Source: Octopus bimaculoides
Lineage: Eukaryota
Direction: 5' to 3'
DNA: 46,306 nucleotides
Assembly (NCBI RefSeq): GCF_001194135.2
Contig: NC_068996.1
Location: 36,875,724-36,922,029 of the forward strand
Shown here: one piece after another, positions 1 through 13,444 of the stretch
Layout of the letters: the number at the start of each line of letters is the position of its first letter
Numbering within the stretch: position 1 is the first letter of the stretch
Notes under the pieces: model-generated
Database searches by the model: none
Told to the model about the DNA's origin: nothing
The model's input: the letters and a program-made list of their open reading frames with translations, nothing else
Program-made: the position numbers and the translations under genes

Positions 1-527
1 ATATATATATATATATATATACAAACATATACATACGTCCGTTTACACACGACTATCTATGAATAACCACCATACAGCTGTAGTGACTCAGACAAGTTGG
101 GTCCCCCGGTTAACATACGTTAACACTGTTAGAGCACCAAGAACTATCACAACACGGCTTTTTTCACGGATACATGTACGACGAGTCATCTCACAGGTCT
201 ATATCCAACATTAATAATACAGTTGTACTTTCGCCAACTCGCTATTTTTTCGGTTCCAGACTGAACCTTACTGGGGTCCCTAGGTCAAACACCTCGTTGT
301 GACAACACCATCACTAATCGGTTTTGTAATTATCTATCTAGAACGTGTAATGTTCACAGACGAGATCCACTTTATCTGCCTCTGCCCTCCCTTTAACATG
401 AAAATTTGAAAACCAGATGTATTCATTCGTTTTCGCTAACTTTCCCACGTTCCCACATCATGCTTCATCATGATGTAACAGCACCTAAACATCTACAATT
501 TATCCATATATACGTGCGTGCGTGCAC

Positions 528-528
<1 letters not shown>

Positions 529-593
<65 letters not shown>
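529..593. repeat. (TA)n microsatellite
   Basis: Perfect TA run in the OSBP intron; one of many TA, CA, ATG and AAT microsatellites in the window. Confidence 0.98.
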
Positions 594-597
<4 letters not shown>

Positions 598-1338
598 CAT
601 CAGACCCCGTCCAACAATACGAAGGACGAGCAGAGGAAAATGTTACTGCTGTTACTTGTACATCAAAGATGAATGCAAAAGTTTTGTGTGTGTGTGTGTG
701 TGTGTGTATGAATGTATGTATAATGTGTGTACAAATATGAACAAAAAAATTAAGACGACGCCTCTCCTGTCGTTCTGATAGGGTTTGGCCGAATGGATCG
801 GAGGATTTAGAGCGAGTCACAGGCTAGATGGACAGACAGACAGACATATATAATTAAGATGAAGCTGAAGATAACAATGTAAATACAAATAAATGTCTTG
901 TCTTGTCTTGGCCATCCACCCGTCCATCCATCCATCCGTTCGTTCGTTCGTCCGTTTGTTTGTTCGTCCGTCCTTGTATGTATATTCTCCTTCCCATCCA
1001 GTCACCATCCATTTTAGCATTCAGCTTCAAAACCGCTGCATCAACGATGGAATAATAATGAACAGCAGGAAGATTCTGAGCATTTGCATAAGAGATAATA
1101 AATGTAATGACAGACAAAATCGGCAACGAAAAAATCATTAAAACAAAGAAAATTTACACACTACATATTCATATATATATATTTACACACACACATATAT
1201 ATATAACGTTATATCATATATTACATACATCTGTCATTGACCAACATAAAATATGCAATCAAAAATGTAACAGAAGCTAAAGGTAATTTGCAATATATAT
1301 ATACATATACATGCTGGTAATATATTAACATTGCTCAC

Positions 1339-1520
1339 CTGTAATAAGAAAGCAGGCCATTCTGTAAGACAAACCATCGTCTTTGGTAGCCTTTCAGGTA
1401 ATTTGTCCACTTGTTCAGCCAGCCTTTATACTGGTCAGTCTGGTGCAGTTTTGGTTCAGACATACCAGTCGATTTTAATGATCCTGGTCCAAGCTCATAG
1501 CCTGTCGAAGAACTGTCCAT
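1339..1520 (-). CDS. OSBP: First coding exon of oxysterol-binding protein (N-terminal part of PH domain); gene continues left beyond the window
   Basis: Translates [61 protein letters not shown], matching the OSBP1/OSBP2-type PH motif [29 protein letters not shown]. It ends at a canonical donor AG|GTGAGC (GT at 1338-1337, phase 2). An in-frame TGA lies just upstream of the ATG at 1520. Confidence 0.92.
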
Positions 1521-1979
1521 GGAGTTTATCCCTCAATTTCAGGGATGGGGGGGGGGAAACCCTTGTGTTTTTTTTTAAAGACCACAGAACGATAGAGTTG
1601 CTTGTCTGTCTGTCGGTCCGTACGTCTTCCTCTTTGGTCGTCTGTCTATCAGCAGTCAATTCCTGTTTTCTTCTTTTTTTTTTATCCCTCTCTCTCTCTA
1701 TTACTTTTTTTTCCTCTGCCACTATTAATTTATATAAATCTTTCTCTAAATTCTTCCTTTGCTGTTTATTGCTATTATTACAATTTATTGCTCTCTGTCT
1801 CTCTTTCCCTTTGTGTCTTTCTATGTATCTATCTAACTATTCTAACTCGTGGAATTATGACAACATCACTGTCACACCTTGTGCGTGTATCTCTGTGTCC
1901 ACCAGAGCACCACTTTCTCTCTATCAACTCTTACCTGCTCTGTTGCTGCCATTCCAATATGCCAATATGGCAGCCTAGA

Positions 1980-2131
1980 CACGTCACACACGGTAGTGGC
2001 AGTGGGAGTAGAATGAGAGACGGAGTGGTAGGGTGTAGCATCAGCAGCAGCACCAGCGAAAGACTGAGTAGTAGCAGCAGCGGCAGTAGTAGTAGTGTTG
2101 ATGGTGGTGCTGATTAGGGTTATGGTGATAT

Positions 2132-2164
<33 letters not shown>

Positions 2165-2480
2165 ATAAATCGCCGCCGTAGTGGTAATGTTGATGATGTA
2201 CTGTGGCAGCAATAGAGATGGTGTCGTAGTAGTAGTAGTGTTGGCAGTAGTGGGTGAGGATGACGGTAATGGGTGGCTGCTGCCCCTGCTACTACTATTA
2301 CTGTTGATAGTATTGTTGCCGCTACTGCTGGTGCTCGCTATTTTTACTCACCGCCGTCACCATCACCAAGAAGTCAACCTCGACAACATCACCGATTCTA
2401 TCAACGGTAGTGGCACTGCTAGCACCACCCCAGCAGCAGTAGCATTAACACCCTTAATTGCTGTGATAGAAGCAACATCA
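1980..2480. repeat. GC-richer compound trinucleotide region (GTA/GCA/GTG/CTA) upstream of the OSBP start codon
   Basis: Degenerate AGT/AGC/GGT repeats with more CpG than the surroundings. It could overlap the OSBP promoter or 5' UTR, but no TSS is identifiable. Confidence 0.5.
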
Positions 2481-2932
2481 TCTCTATGACATTCTCTCAT
2501 TATGTTATCTCGCTAGTTTATTCCCGTCTAGGTTTCGGCCATTCGGTATTCCAGCTAGCACATTATGGCTAAAAACAAATTAAATACACACACGCACGCA
2601 CACATACATTCATACATGCATACATATATATATATATATACACATACAATCATATATATAGACGAGGGTGGGTATTTAATGTCCGATTTTAAGTTAGAAA
2701 TCAATAATTTTCTAACTATTTTCTTAACCAGCATACTTACCTTCCACCTTTTAACCTACTCCTGAACTTTCCTTGCTCCAACTATATTTTCCATCTGTTC
2801 TTTATTTTTTACGTTTTTGTCTTTTTCTTTCTTCTTTTTTGTTTCTAAAAATGCAACTATTTACATCGAATACAAGCCACCCACCCCCTCTCTTTCTCAC
2901 TCACCCATCTCCACACAGACATGAGTAATATG

Positions 2933-2965
<33 letters not shown>

Positions 2966-4149
2966 TGGTATGTGTGTTCGTGCTATTATTATTTTGAAAC
3001 CTAGTTAGGATTAAGCAGTATCAACATCCATTATTAGGACATTCTATAACTAGCAAGATATTGCTGGAATCGAGTACAGAAGTGGATAAAAAGTTACTAT
3101 GTCAGTGCTACCGCTACCACACGTCTTTGTTTCCTTTATAAATATTAAAATATTTATACCTTCGAATATTTAATATAGTCATAAATAACAGGAGATATTG
3201 TACAAAAAGAAGAAATAACTTTACTGTTCTCAATATACGAAATGCCAACAGGCGTGTATCTTTCAATATAGGCTCTGGAAAATACTTTAACCAGCTTTCA
3301 TCAGGTTGCTAACCCTTTTGCCACGAAGCTCAAGTATGACCCACATATCTAGGTAATGCTTCTGCTATGTACAGCACATCCTTACACTACATCCCAAAAT
3401 ATAGGCCATCCAACAGATTGGCAAAGAGTCGCTAACCACCACTCTACGACCACCCACTCATACACAACAATGTTTTATTCGTGTTGTTCCCACTCTATCT
3501 TTTTCTCTCTCACTCTCTTCTGCCACAAACTTATCGGCCTTTGTTTCTCTTGACTAACTAGCTACAACACCCGTGTCTCTCTTTATCATTCATTTCGACA
3601 ATGTCACAAACCTCCCTCCTTACACACCATAAACGCTTAATCTAATAATTCTTCTCTGGAGTTGCAACCTTTTGATATTTTCTCCTGCCCACAATTTTCC
3701 TAACGACATCAACCTTGCAGAAGTTCAAGTTAGACATCATCTACATCAACCTCACCAGTCTAGCAAGATATACAAAATGTTATGGGTACTATCTCTTATC
3801 CTCTCATTAAATACAACAAATGATTATTTATTTATCTATTTATTACAATATAAGGAAAGAGTGAGAACCCATGACCCTTCCTAAATTAGGACAGTTGGAT
3901 GCAGGAAAATGTAGTTATTATTTACTTTCAAAGGTCACTAGATGAGAAGACTATGGGCAAGGATGGGTTGAGCTTCAAGAGAACTGCTGCTCTGAGCAGA
4001 CAGGATCGGTTAAAATGTTTAAATGCTAATGTGGTATTGAGACACTGTAAGGACAGCAGGGTAAAAAGACAAGGTCACTTTAACCTTCTTGATACCAATC
4101 TGTCTGATAAAGCTTCTCATTCTATGACAAACTTTGCTGTTAAAGTGAT

Positions 4150-4910
4150 TTAACCATTTAGCATTCAAACCAGTCATATTCAGCCCAAATGTTCAATTTG
4201 TTTTATGTTTAAAGCAGCCAAATCCAGTCTCTCACATCTACCATCATCATCATCATCGTTTAACGTCCGCTTTCCATGCTAGCATGGGTCAGACGATTTG
4301 ACTGAGGACTGGTGAACAGATGGCTACACCAGGCTCCAATCTGATTTGGCAGAGTTTCTACAGCTGGATGCCCTTCCTAACACCAACCACTCCGTGAGTG
4401 TAGTGGTTGCTTTTATGTACCACCAGCACGAAGGCCAGTCAGGCGGTACTGACAACGGCCACGCTCAAAATGGTGTATTTTATGTGCCACCTGCAGAGGA
4501 GCCAGTCCAGCAGCACTGGCAACAATCTCGCTCGAATGTCTTTACATGTGCCACCTGCACAAGTGCTAGGACGCTGGGCACAGGTGCCATCACGATTTCC
4601 TTTTTGCTTGCTCCAACAGGTCTTCGCAAGCCGAATTTCATGTCCAATGAAGGAGACGACGTTGGCATGGGTGCCAGTCGACGAATTTAGTTCGATTTTG
4701 ATTTCACTTGCCTCAACAGGTTTTTGCAAGCGGAGTTTAATTTCCAATGAAGGAAAGGTACTCATAAGTGGGCTGGCTACACCCCTGGCAGAGGTGTAAA
4801 AATTACAACTTTAAAATTTTGAAGTTATGAGACAATGCACAATTAATTTAAAACAATGTGAGCAAATAAGGATTTAATTTGATAGAATAATTTGAATGTT
4901 AAAGGGCTAA
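4150..4910. mobile_element. piggyBac-like MITE (TTAA/CCCTTTAGCATTC family) interrupted by an RTE-tail element at ~4243-4790
   Basis: Starts ttaaccatttagcattcaaacc and ends gaatgttaaagggctaa. The two halves match the uninterrupted copy at 5493-5719. Confidence 0.65.
4243..4790 (-). mobile_element. RTE-associated SINE/LINE 3' element (GGAAGGGCATCCAGCTG family) ending in (GAT)n
   Basis: The minus strand ends ...catgctagcatggaaagcggacgttaaacgatgatgatg. The same tail recurs at 20967-21062, 11520, 26860, 33470, 34420, 34970, 38070 and 38600. Confidence 0.75.
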
Positions 4911-5269
4911 ATAAAACCTTCCATTACAAACTTCATGTTAGCTTATGATCCAAACATCAACTTCAGCTTCAATAACAACAAAATTATTTTACTAATTCGC
5001 TTTTGTATCTGGTTTGCAAGGTTCTTTACATGAATTTGTTGAAACAAATTTTATTGTGTCGAGGGAGAGTCATGGTTCAATTTCAGTTATCATTAGTCAA
5101 TTGGTTAAATATCCAACTAATTGATTGTATGATTTGCTTTTGTTTTTCAAGGCTCTTTCATTGCTACCTGCAACCTTTTCAATGACTATTGACTTAGTTC
5201 GCTTTGGAGGCTGTATTTGTCTACTTGAGAATTTGCCGCATGTGTGCTAGTGTGCTTGTGTATGCATGT

Positions 5270-5719
5270 AAATTCTTCACTATTTTGAATATCTAATGCT
5301 TATTTGTTCACAGTGTTCTAAATCAATCATGCATTGTCTTATAACTTCAAGGTTTCAAAGATGTGATTGTTTATTTCTAGAATAACATTGAAGGGTAAGT
5401 GTGAGAAACTGGATTTGGCTTCTTTGAACATCAAACAAGTTGAACATTTGGGCCAGATATGGCTGGTTTGAATGCTAAAAGGTTAAATCACTTTAGCCCT
5501 CTAGTATTTAAACCAACCATATCCAGCCAAAATATTCTGCCTGTTTTATGTTCAAACTGGCCAGATGTGGCCTCTCACACCAACCCTACAATGTCATTCT
5601 AAAATTTAACAGTTACCTCATCAAAATCTCAAAGCTACAAGATAATGCATGATTAATTAAAGACGTGTGAATAAACGAACATTACTTTTGACAGAATAGT
5701 GTGAATGCTAAAGGGTTAA
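5270..5719. mobile_element. Two adjacent piggyBac-like MITE copies in opposite orientation
   Basis: Both end gaatgctaaa(a/g)ggttaa (at ~5487 and 5719). The internal sequences are reverse complements of each other. Confidence 0.6.
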
Positions 5720-6980
5720 CATCAACGTTTGTCTTCATTGTTTTGAAAATTAATTGCAAGAAAAACAGTATTTAAGCAGAAATATGGTAACAAAAAGGTT
5801 AAGGAACAAGGTATCTCAGGGCGTAAAGAACTTGTAAGTTTATTATCATCATCATCATTTAACAAAAATGCTGCCTTGAGCTGCACTGTTCAGCAGGAGC
5901 TGGTGAGTCAGAAAACTGGACTAAACCCTGCTATCTACTTTGGTATGGTTTCTACAGCTGAAAGCCCTTTCAAATGCCAACCACATTACACACTGCTTTT
6001 TACATAACTCAAACAGCAATGAGGTCACCAAGTAATTTGCAGGACAAGATTCCCCCTCCCCATCTCAACAGGGGGATAGTAGTGTTGAGGGACAGAAATA
6101 GGTGTCTTGCAAGCATGTTTTGCAATGTTTCCCAGATATGTAGCATAGCTACCCATACACAGGAATCATACAACCTACTTTTTACTCTGAAGGAGCAGTC
6201 CTTTGTTATGAACAAAGGTAATAGCTCTGAACTTTGTACAGCCAGTTCTTATTCTAGCAACTACACTTTTATAGCATCCTCCTCTGCTAATAATTTGGCC
6301 ATCTAGATAACCAAAATTATCTACTACTTCTAAGGATACCCCAGGGCATTTGAGGAAATCTATTTTTACAAAACATTCAGCTATAAGAACAAGGTAATCA
6401 GTGACTCCATCTAAGAATATCTGAAGAAGGAATTTTATTCTGAAATATCATATCAAACTATGGATGACTAAATTACAACAGGTATATAGCCCATTGCTTG
6501 TATTATAGTCCATTGTTGTACCATTCAAAACTTTTTATTCTTTACTTTTAAATTCATTTGTTATAACCTGGAGGACCATGATAAACAAGAAACTGCATAC
6601 TAAATTCAAAAAAATACCTCAAAGGAATTTTTCTAATGATTCTGTCAATCTACCTACTCATCACAATCATCATTTAATCAGCATGTTCCATGCTGGTATG
6701 GGCTAATTATTTAATAGGGTCCAATGGATCCAAGGACGGCATCATGCTCTAATGTTTTCTTTGATATGGTTTTTATGGCTGAATGTCCTTCCTAACATCA
6801 ACCACTTTACAGTGTGTACTGGGTGCTCTCTTTCATGGCCCTATCACTAGTGAAGTCACCATGCAGCTTGTAGGGCTAAGATCACCTTGCACTGAGGATA
6901 CAACAGAGGGAAAGGCAGACCAAGATTCTTGCTGTAGACAAGCTGCTTGGCTACTCACATAACAGAAGAGAGGATGGAAA

Positions 6981-8045
6981 TAATAATAATAATAATAATA
7001 ATAATAATCCTTTCTACTAAAGGCACAAGGCCTGAAATTTGGTGGGAGTACTTGACTGGACTTAATTTATTGACCCCGAAAGGCAAAGTTGAGCTCAGAG
7101 GAATTTGAACTCAGAATGTAGCGGCAGACAAAATACTGCTAAGCATTTTGCCTGGAGGGCTAACGATTCTGCCAGCTTGCCTTCATAGTAATACTAATAA
7201 TAATACTAATAATGATGATGATGACATAATAATAATACTTATAATGATGATGATGACAAAAATAATGGTTTCATATTTTAGCACAAGGCTAGCAATTTTG
7301 AGTGGGAGAGATAAGTTGTTTACATCAATCCCAATGCTCAACAGGTACTTGTTTTATTGACTCTGAAAGAATGAAAGGCAAAGTCAAACTTGGCAGAATT
7401 TGAACTCAGGACGTAAAGACAGACAAAATGCGACTAAGCATTTTGTCCCATGTGTTAATAGTTCTGCCAGCTTTGTCATCTTAATGAAAACAATAATTGG
7501 TTTCATATTTTGGCACAATGCCAGTAAGTTCAGAAGAGGGAGTAAGTTGATTATATCGACCCCAGTACTCAACTGGTACTTATTTTATTGACACAGAAAG
7601 GATGAAAGTGAAAGTAGGCCGCAGTGGAATTTAAACTCAGAATGTAAAGACAGACAAAATACTGCTAACCATTTTGCCTGTCATGCTGATGCATCTGCCA
7701 ACTCACTGCCTTATAAATAATAATAGTTTCAAATTTTGCCACAAGGGCAGCAATTTTGGGGGAGAGGTTAAGTCAATTACATTGACCCCAGTGTTCAACT
7801 GGTACTTATTTTATCAACCCTGAAAGGATGAAAGGTAAAGTTGACTGGCAGAATTTGAACTTAGAATGTAGCGACGGGTGAAATACTGCTAAGCATTTCG
7901 TCTGGCACACTAACAATTCTACCATGATGACTTCAAATTTTGCCACAAGGCCAGTAGTTTTGAGGTGGGGTGGGAGTTGATTTCATTGACCCTAGTACTT
8001 GACTGGTACCCATTTTATCAACCTCGAAAGAATGAAAGGCAAAGT
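6981..8045 (-). mobile_element. Head-to-tail cluster of about five SINE-B copies (tRNA head + GCCTTTCATCCTTTCGGGGTCGATAAA core)
   Basis: The motif gaaaggcaaagt(t/c)gac...gaatttgaactcagaa(t/c)gta...aaatactgctaagcattt recurs at ~7080, 7375, 7600, 7825 and 8030, separated by AAT-rich tails. Confidence 0.85.
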
Positions 8046-8210
8046 CTCCCTCTTTCATGGGTACCATTCACTTTCAGTAATCTGCATTTCTTTATGCAAG
8101 CTGTCCTCATTCATACGCATCACATGTCCAAACCAACGCAGTCTTCTCTCTTGCATGCTGCATTTGATTCCAATTATGCCCAGCTTTTCTTGGTCACCAG
8201 TTGACTTCTA

Positions 8211-8905
8211 TTATGTATGTATGCATGTATGTATGTATGCATGTATCTATGTATGTAGGTATGTATGTATGTATGTAGGTAGGTATGTAGGTAGGTATGT
8301 ATGTATGTATGCATGCATGTATGTATGTATGTATGTATGCATGCATGCATGTATGTATGTATGTAAGTAGGTATGTATGTAGGTATGTATGTAGGTATGT
8401 ATGTAGGTATGTATGTATGTATGTAGGTAGGTATGTATGTATGTAGGTAGGTAGGTAGGTAGGTAGGTATGGAGGTATGTATGCATGTATATATATATGT
8501 GTGTGTGTGTGTGTGTATGTGTACACATGCATATATGTATGTGTGCGTATATCTATATATGTTCATATGTATTGCTATGTTCATATGTATGTTTGTTTGT
8601 ATGTATATATGCATGTATGTTCATATGTATGTTTGTATATATGTATGTATGTTAGTGTGTGTCTGTGGATGTTTGTATATATACATATGCGTATATGTAT
8701 GTATGCATGTGTCTATGTATGTATATTTGTATATATTGCTATGTTCATACGTTTGTATGTATTGCTATGTTCATACATATGTTTGTGTGTATGTATACAT
8801 TCATGTATGTATGAATGTATATATGTATGTATGCTTGTATGTATCTTCATATGTATGTATGTGTGTGTGTGTGTCTGTATATATACATATGCATATATGT
8901 ATATA
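8211..8905. repeat. Compound (ATGT)n/(AGGT)n/(GT)n microsatellite
   Basis: Seen directly in the sequence; explains the spurious Y/I/H/T and V/C/M/Y ORFs in the track. Confidence 0.97.
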
Positions 8906-9155
8906 TCTTAGGCACTGGAGTATTTCTGAGAAGTTGTCCAGTTACGTGACTGTCTTTAATCTCTTGGTTAGGAAATTACTAGTCAAGTCATTCCTTATTG
9001 CATGCTTTGATGCAACTCCACAATTGGCTGCCAGGAATTCTTAGAGTAAAAAATCAGGTTGTACACAAAGGTTTTTCTAACTTACCAAATATGCTGCAAC
9101 CTATAAATGAAATTTATATATAAATTGAAATATATTCAATTTATATATAAAATTT

Positions 9156-9480
9156 AGGAGCGGCTGTGTGGCAAGGAGTTTGCTTCTCAACCACATGGTT
9201 CCAGGTTCAGTCTCCCAGCTTGGCACCTTGGGCAAGTGTCTTCTGCTATAGACTTGGCTCAACCAAAATCTTGTAAGTGAATGTGGGGGAAGGAAACTGA
9301 AAGAAGCCAGTCATAACATCATCTGTTGGATAGTTTGATAAGAATTCAATGAGTCAAGGACTGCACCATACATCAGTGTCCACCAAATAAAGTATTGGTG
9401 CTGATTCTTTCGACTTAAACCCTTCTAAAGCAGTGATGCCACATGGCTGCAGTCCAATGACTGAAACAAGTAAAAGGTAA
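9156..9480 (+). mobile_element. SINE-A (tRNA-derived head, CCTTGGGCAAGTG CORE-like segment)
   Basis: A-box-like ggctgtgtgg, B-box-like ggttcagtc, then ggcaccttgggcaagtgtcttct...ggaaactgaaagaagcc. Confidence 0.75.
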
Positions 9481-10490
9481 AATATATAGGCCTTGATGGG
9501 AAGATTTGAACTCAGAATGCTGTGATTAAAAAGATACCAGAAAGCATCTTTTGCCCATGCTGCAACTGATTTTTTTTACTGTGCAGCAGCATGTGAATTA
9601 TTTAGGATTTTGTTGCCAGAATGGTGAGGCTGGGTGAAATGAGAGGAAGGCAATGGGGTCTTATATCAATGTAGCTTATATGTAGCATCTCAGCTTATTA
9701 AAAATTGCAGCCAAAAGTCTTTTTGTATAAGTTCACATTGACTGGTGCAATCTTATAAGGGAGACACAGACAGACATGAAGGTCATGAACAGAAAGCTTT
9801 TGATCAAAGGTCTGCTCAGTCAGGGATGACCTAGAGTTAAACAATAACAACAAAAGATTATACAAACGGAGAAAGAACCTTCACATGATCACTAGACCTG
9901 CTAGAAACAGCAGCCAATTTCATAGAAAGTAGAAGAACATATTAAATAATGTGGTCCTAGATATCCTCTCTCCCTCTCTCTCTCTCTCAAGATGATCAAG
10001 GATGGAATATTCAGTCACTGTTGAAGTCTTGGAGTGACAAATCTCTCATGATTGGTGGAGTTCACAGAGGGTTAAGAACAGCAAACAGAATTAGATGTAG
10101 GAAGTAAGAGGTTTTAGCTGGGCTTCAGTTTGAAATTCATCTGAAAGGAAACAGAATCCAGGTGATAGGGTGCCTGCCTTATCAGCTTGATTAGGCACCA
10201 GCTAATTAAATAACTTCAGTTAATATTGGATCAAATATTCCGTTTGATTATATAACTGAATAAGATGTGGATACACATCAAACATTACCCTTCTCATTTA
10301 ATTCAGTTTAAATGGAATTATTTATTTCTCTCTTTCTTCTTCTCATTTTGCCCCTTCTCTATCTTCCTTTCCATCTCTCTTCTACTGGCTCTTTCTCAAA
10401 ATCATCTCTTCTATTTTCTTGTTCAGTTTAACACATTAGTTCAACCTCTTTGTTACTATATTTCCATTGAGATACTGAATTTGTTTTAAT

Positions 10491-10945
10491 TAATTTTGAA
10501 AATAATGAAAAATTTACTAAAATAACTCTGCTGTTTTTAATTTGGTGTTTGGAATGGAAAGTTTTAATTTAGATCACTTTAACCCTTTTGTTACCATATT
10601 TCTAATGCAATAGCTTGCCCTTGTTTCAATTAATTTTGAAAATAATGGAGAAATTAGTAAAATAATTTTGTCATTATTAAGCTAGTGTTTGGAATATAGA
10701 TTAACATGAATTTTTAATGGAAGATTTTAATTTAGATCACTTTAATAACCTTTTTTGTTACCAAATTTCTATTGAGATGCACTACCTTTCTTTCTTTTAA
10801 TTCTGAAAATAATGAAGAATTTACTAAAATAACATTGTCATTATTAAGCTAGTGTTTGGAATATAATTAAAATGAAATTTTTGATGTTGGTTTTAATTTA
10901 GAATTTGGATCACTTAAACACTTTTGCTACCATATTTCAGTTGGA
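10491..10945. repeat. Three degenerate ~140-165 bp tandem units
   Basis: taatt(t/c)tgaaaataatg...aaataa...gtgtttggaat...ttttaatttag(a)..gatcactt recurs from ~10491, ~10631 and ~10799. Confidence 0.75.
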
Positions 10946-11484
10946 ATATAGTAACAATTAAAAACAATGATTAAGAACAATACTTAAAGTTTGGTGATTC
11001 AAAACACAACCACCACCAACAACAACAACAACCACCACCAATACCATTTAATAGAGTAATGTGGTTTAGTGGTTATGATGGACTTATGATCATAAGATTG
11101 TGGTTTCAATTCTTGGTCTGGGTGATGCTTTGCATTCTTAAGCAAAACACTTCATTTCATGTTGCTCCAGTCCACTCATTTGGTAAAAGTGAGTAAATCT
11201 TGCAATGGACCTGCATTCTGTCCAGATAGGGAATATATACTCCACAGAAATTGGGAAACCAGCCCTTGGATTTTGTATGACCTGGGAAAGATCGATCTTT
11301 ATCCTCTTTTCCTTTCCATGCTCATGTGGGTCAGATGGAAAAATGTTGAGGCAAATTCTTCTATGGCTGGATGGATGCCCATCTTGTCACTTCACTTTTT
11401 TCCAAGTAAGATGATGTGTCCCCTCTGCCTAGGCATGTTTTCACAGAATACTGGAAATAAAGGATACTGTTTACATGATTGTGT

Positions 11485-11519
<35 letters not shown>

Positions 11520-11975
11520 CATCATCATTTAGCATCTGTTGGCCATGATGGCATGGGTTGGACAGTTTGACCAGGGCTGGCAAGTTGGAAGGCTGCACCA
11601 GACTCTGGTTTGTTTTGGCATGGTTTCTACAGCTGGATGCCCTTCCTAACACCAACCATTCGAAGAGTGTTATGAGTGCTTTTATGTGCCACTGGCATGG
11701 GTACCATTTGCATGACACCGGTATCTTGCACAGCTGTGATTTTACTTGACTTGATGGGTCTTCTTCTCAAGCACAACATAATGCCAAAAGTCTCAGTCAT
11801 TGCCTCTGTGAGGTCCAGCACTTGAAAGAAACTTTTCTCGTGCCACCAGCATCAGCCACTTTGCCTCCATGAGGCCCAATGCTTGAACAGTGCCTTTTTA
11901 CATGCCACTGGCATGGGTACCAGTTACGTGACACCAGCATCAACCATAATTACAATTTCACTTGGCTTGTTGGGT
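11520..11975 (-). mobile_element. RTE-associated element (GGAAGGGCATCCAGC family) with internal duplication
   Basis: Contains ttctacagctggatgcccttcctaacaccaacc and two copies of tttt(t/a)(c/t)(a/g)tgccactggcatgggtacca. Confidence 0.7.
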
Positions 11976-12822
11976 CTTACATACATACATACAAGATGTC
12001 CATAAATTACCTTTATAGTTTGAAAATTTCATTAAAAAAATCAAAGACATGGATAGCTCAGCAGATTTTATTGGAAACATCAGAACACTTCCACATAGTC
12101 TCCATTAGCTGCATGCAACACATCAAGATGATATGATATAATAAATTGTGGAAGTTGGAACTTATGAACAGCCTATGAATATACAAGCACATATATCATC
12201 ATCGTCATCATCATCATCATCAGATGATGATGATGATGTATATATATTTGGTTAATGAGAGACAGAAAATAGAAGATACGAGGAATTTCATAAGTCACTA
12301 CAATTATTTTGACCCATTTAGCATACTTCTTTCACAGTATTGCATGTTTGTTTCTTTCTTGCATATTATTTTACTATTGATCTTCTATATAAATGTGTAT
12401 CATTTTAATTTGCTGTTTTCCTTTACACAGAGAAGATACATTATAGAAATGTTACTTTAATGAGGTATAAATATTTATCACTGGAAGAGACACATCTGCA
12501 CCATTGGATGCTTGTGAACCAGTTGTTAAGTGTCTCACCCATGAGGGATTCATGCTAGATGGATCGCAACAATTGTAGTGATTAATAAAAATTCTCATAT
12601 CTTCCATCTTTCATCTCTCATTAACCAAATACACGATAAACACTGGGAAACTGATTGTGCTCTACCAGTAAGTTACCAGGTATAAATCATTTATTTTATT
12701 ATCTAATACATACATACATATCATTTTTTTTTTTTCATTTTATCTAGTTTCAGCTCATGAGGTGTGGCCATGCTGGGGCACCGCCATTTATGTATATATA
12801 CATATATATATATGTATGTATG

Positions 12823-12869
<47 letters not shown>

Positions 12870-13099
12870 NNNNNNNNNNNNNNNNNNNNNNNNNNNNNNN
12901 NNNNNNNNNNNNNNNNNNNNNNNNNNNNNNNNNNNNNNNNNNNNNNNNNNNNNNNNNNNNNNNNNNNNNNNNNNNNNNNNNNNNNNNNNNNNNNNNNNNN
13001 NNNNNNNNNNNNNNNNNNNNNNNNNNNNNNNNNNNNNNNNNNNNNNNNNNNNNNNNNNNNNNNNNNNNNNNNNNNNNNNNNNNNNNNNNNNCACACACA

Positions 13100-13250
13100 C
13101 ACAATGAGCTTCTTTCAGTTTCCTTATAACAAATCCACTCACAAGGCTTTAGTTGGCCTGTAGCTATAGTAGAAGGCATTTTCCCAAGGTGCCATGCAAT
13201 GGGATTGAAACAGGAACCATGTAGTTTGGAAGCAAACTCCTTACCACACA
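13100..13250 (-). mobile_element. SINE-A
   Basis: Reverse complement of the SINE-A head and CORE-like segment (cttctttcagtttcc...aaatccactcacaaggc...ccaaggtgcca...gaaccatgt...ccttaccacac). Confidence 0.75.
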
Positions 13251-13444
13251 GGTACACTTGCACTTCACTGCCACACCTAATCAATTTAGGAAAATTGATA
13301 AATGTGCTAAGGGATCCATTTATGAAAGCCATACATATATGGCAAGTGGTGTTAACACTGTATGTGAGGAGAGAGAGGAGGGAAATTTTGTGAAATAGGA
13401 CCTTAGCATGAAGACAGTGTTTAATTAAATGTTCTTTTCACATG

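Noticed and set aside
406-822. ORFs rich in YI/HT/VC repeats (also at 8174-9044, 12721-13332, 17102-17387, 23268-23744, 34893-35272)
   Set aside because: Translations of TA, CA and ATGT microsatellites or N runs; no protein signal.
854-1138. 94-aa minus-strand ORF starting with a signal-peptide-like hydrophobic stretch
   Set aside because: Lies in the OSBP intron, runs into (GGAT)/(GAAC) microsatellites and has no recognisable domain.
1331-1978. 215-aa plus-strand ORF
   Set aside because: Antisense shadow of OSBP exon 1 plus CT-rich low-complexity sequence.
12408-12470. Strong-looking plus-strand splice acceptor (tttgctgttttcctttacacag) and a similar micro-exon-like site near 14810-14845
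   Set aside because: No coherent reading frame or homology; cannot be supported without transcript data.
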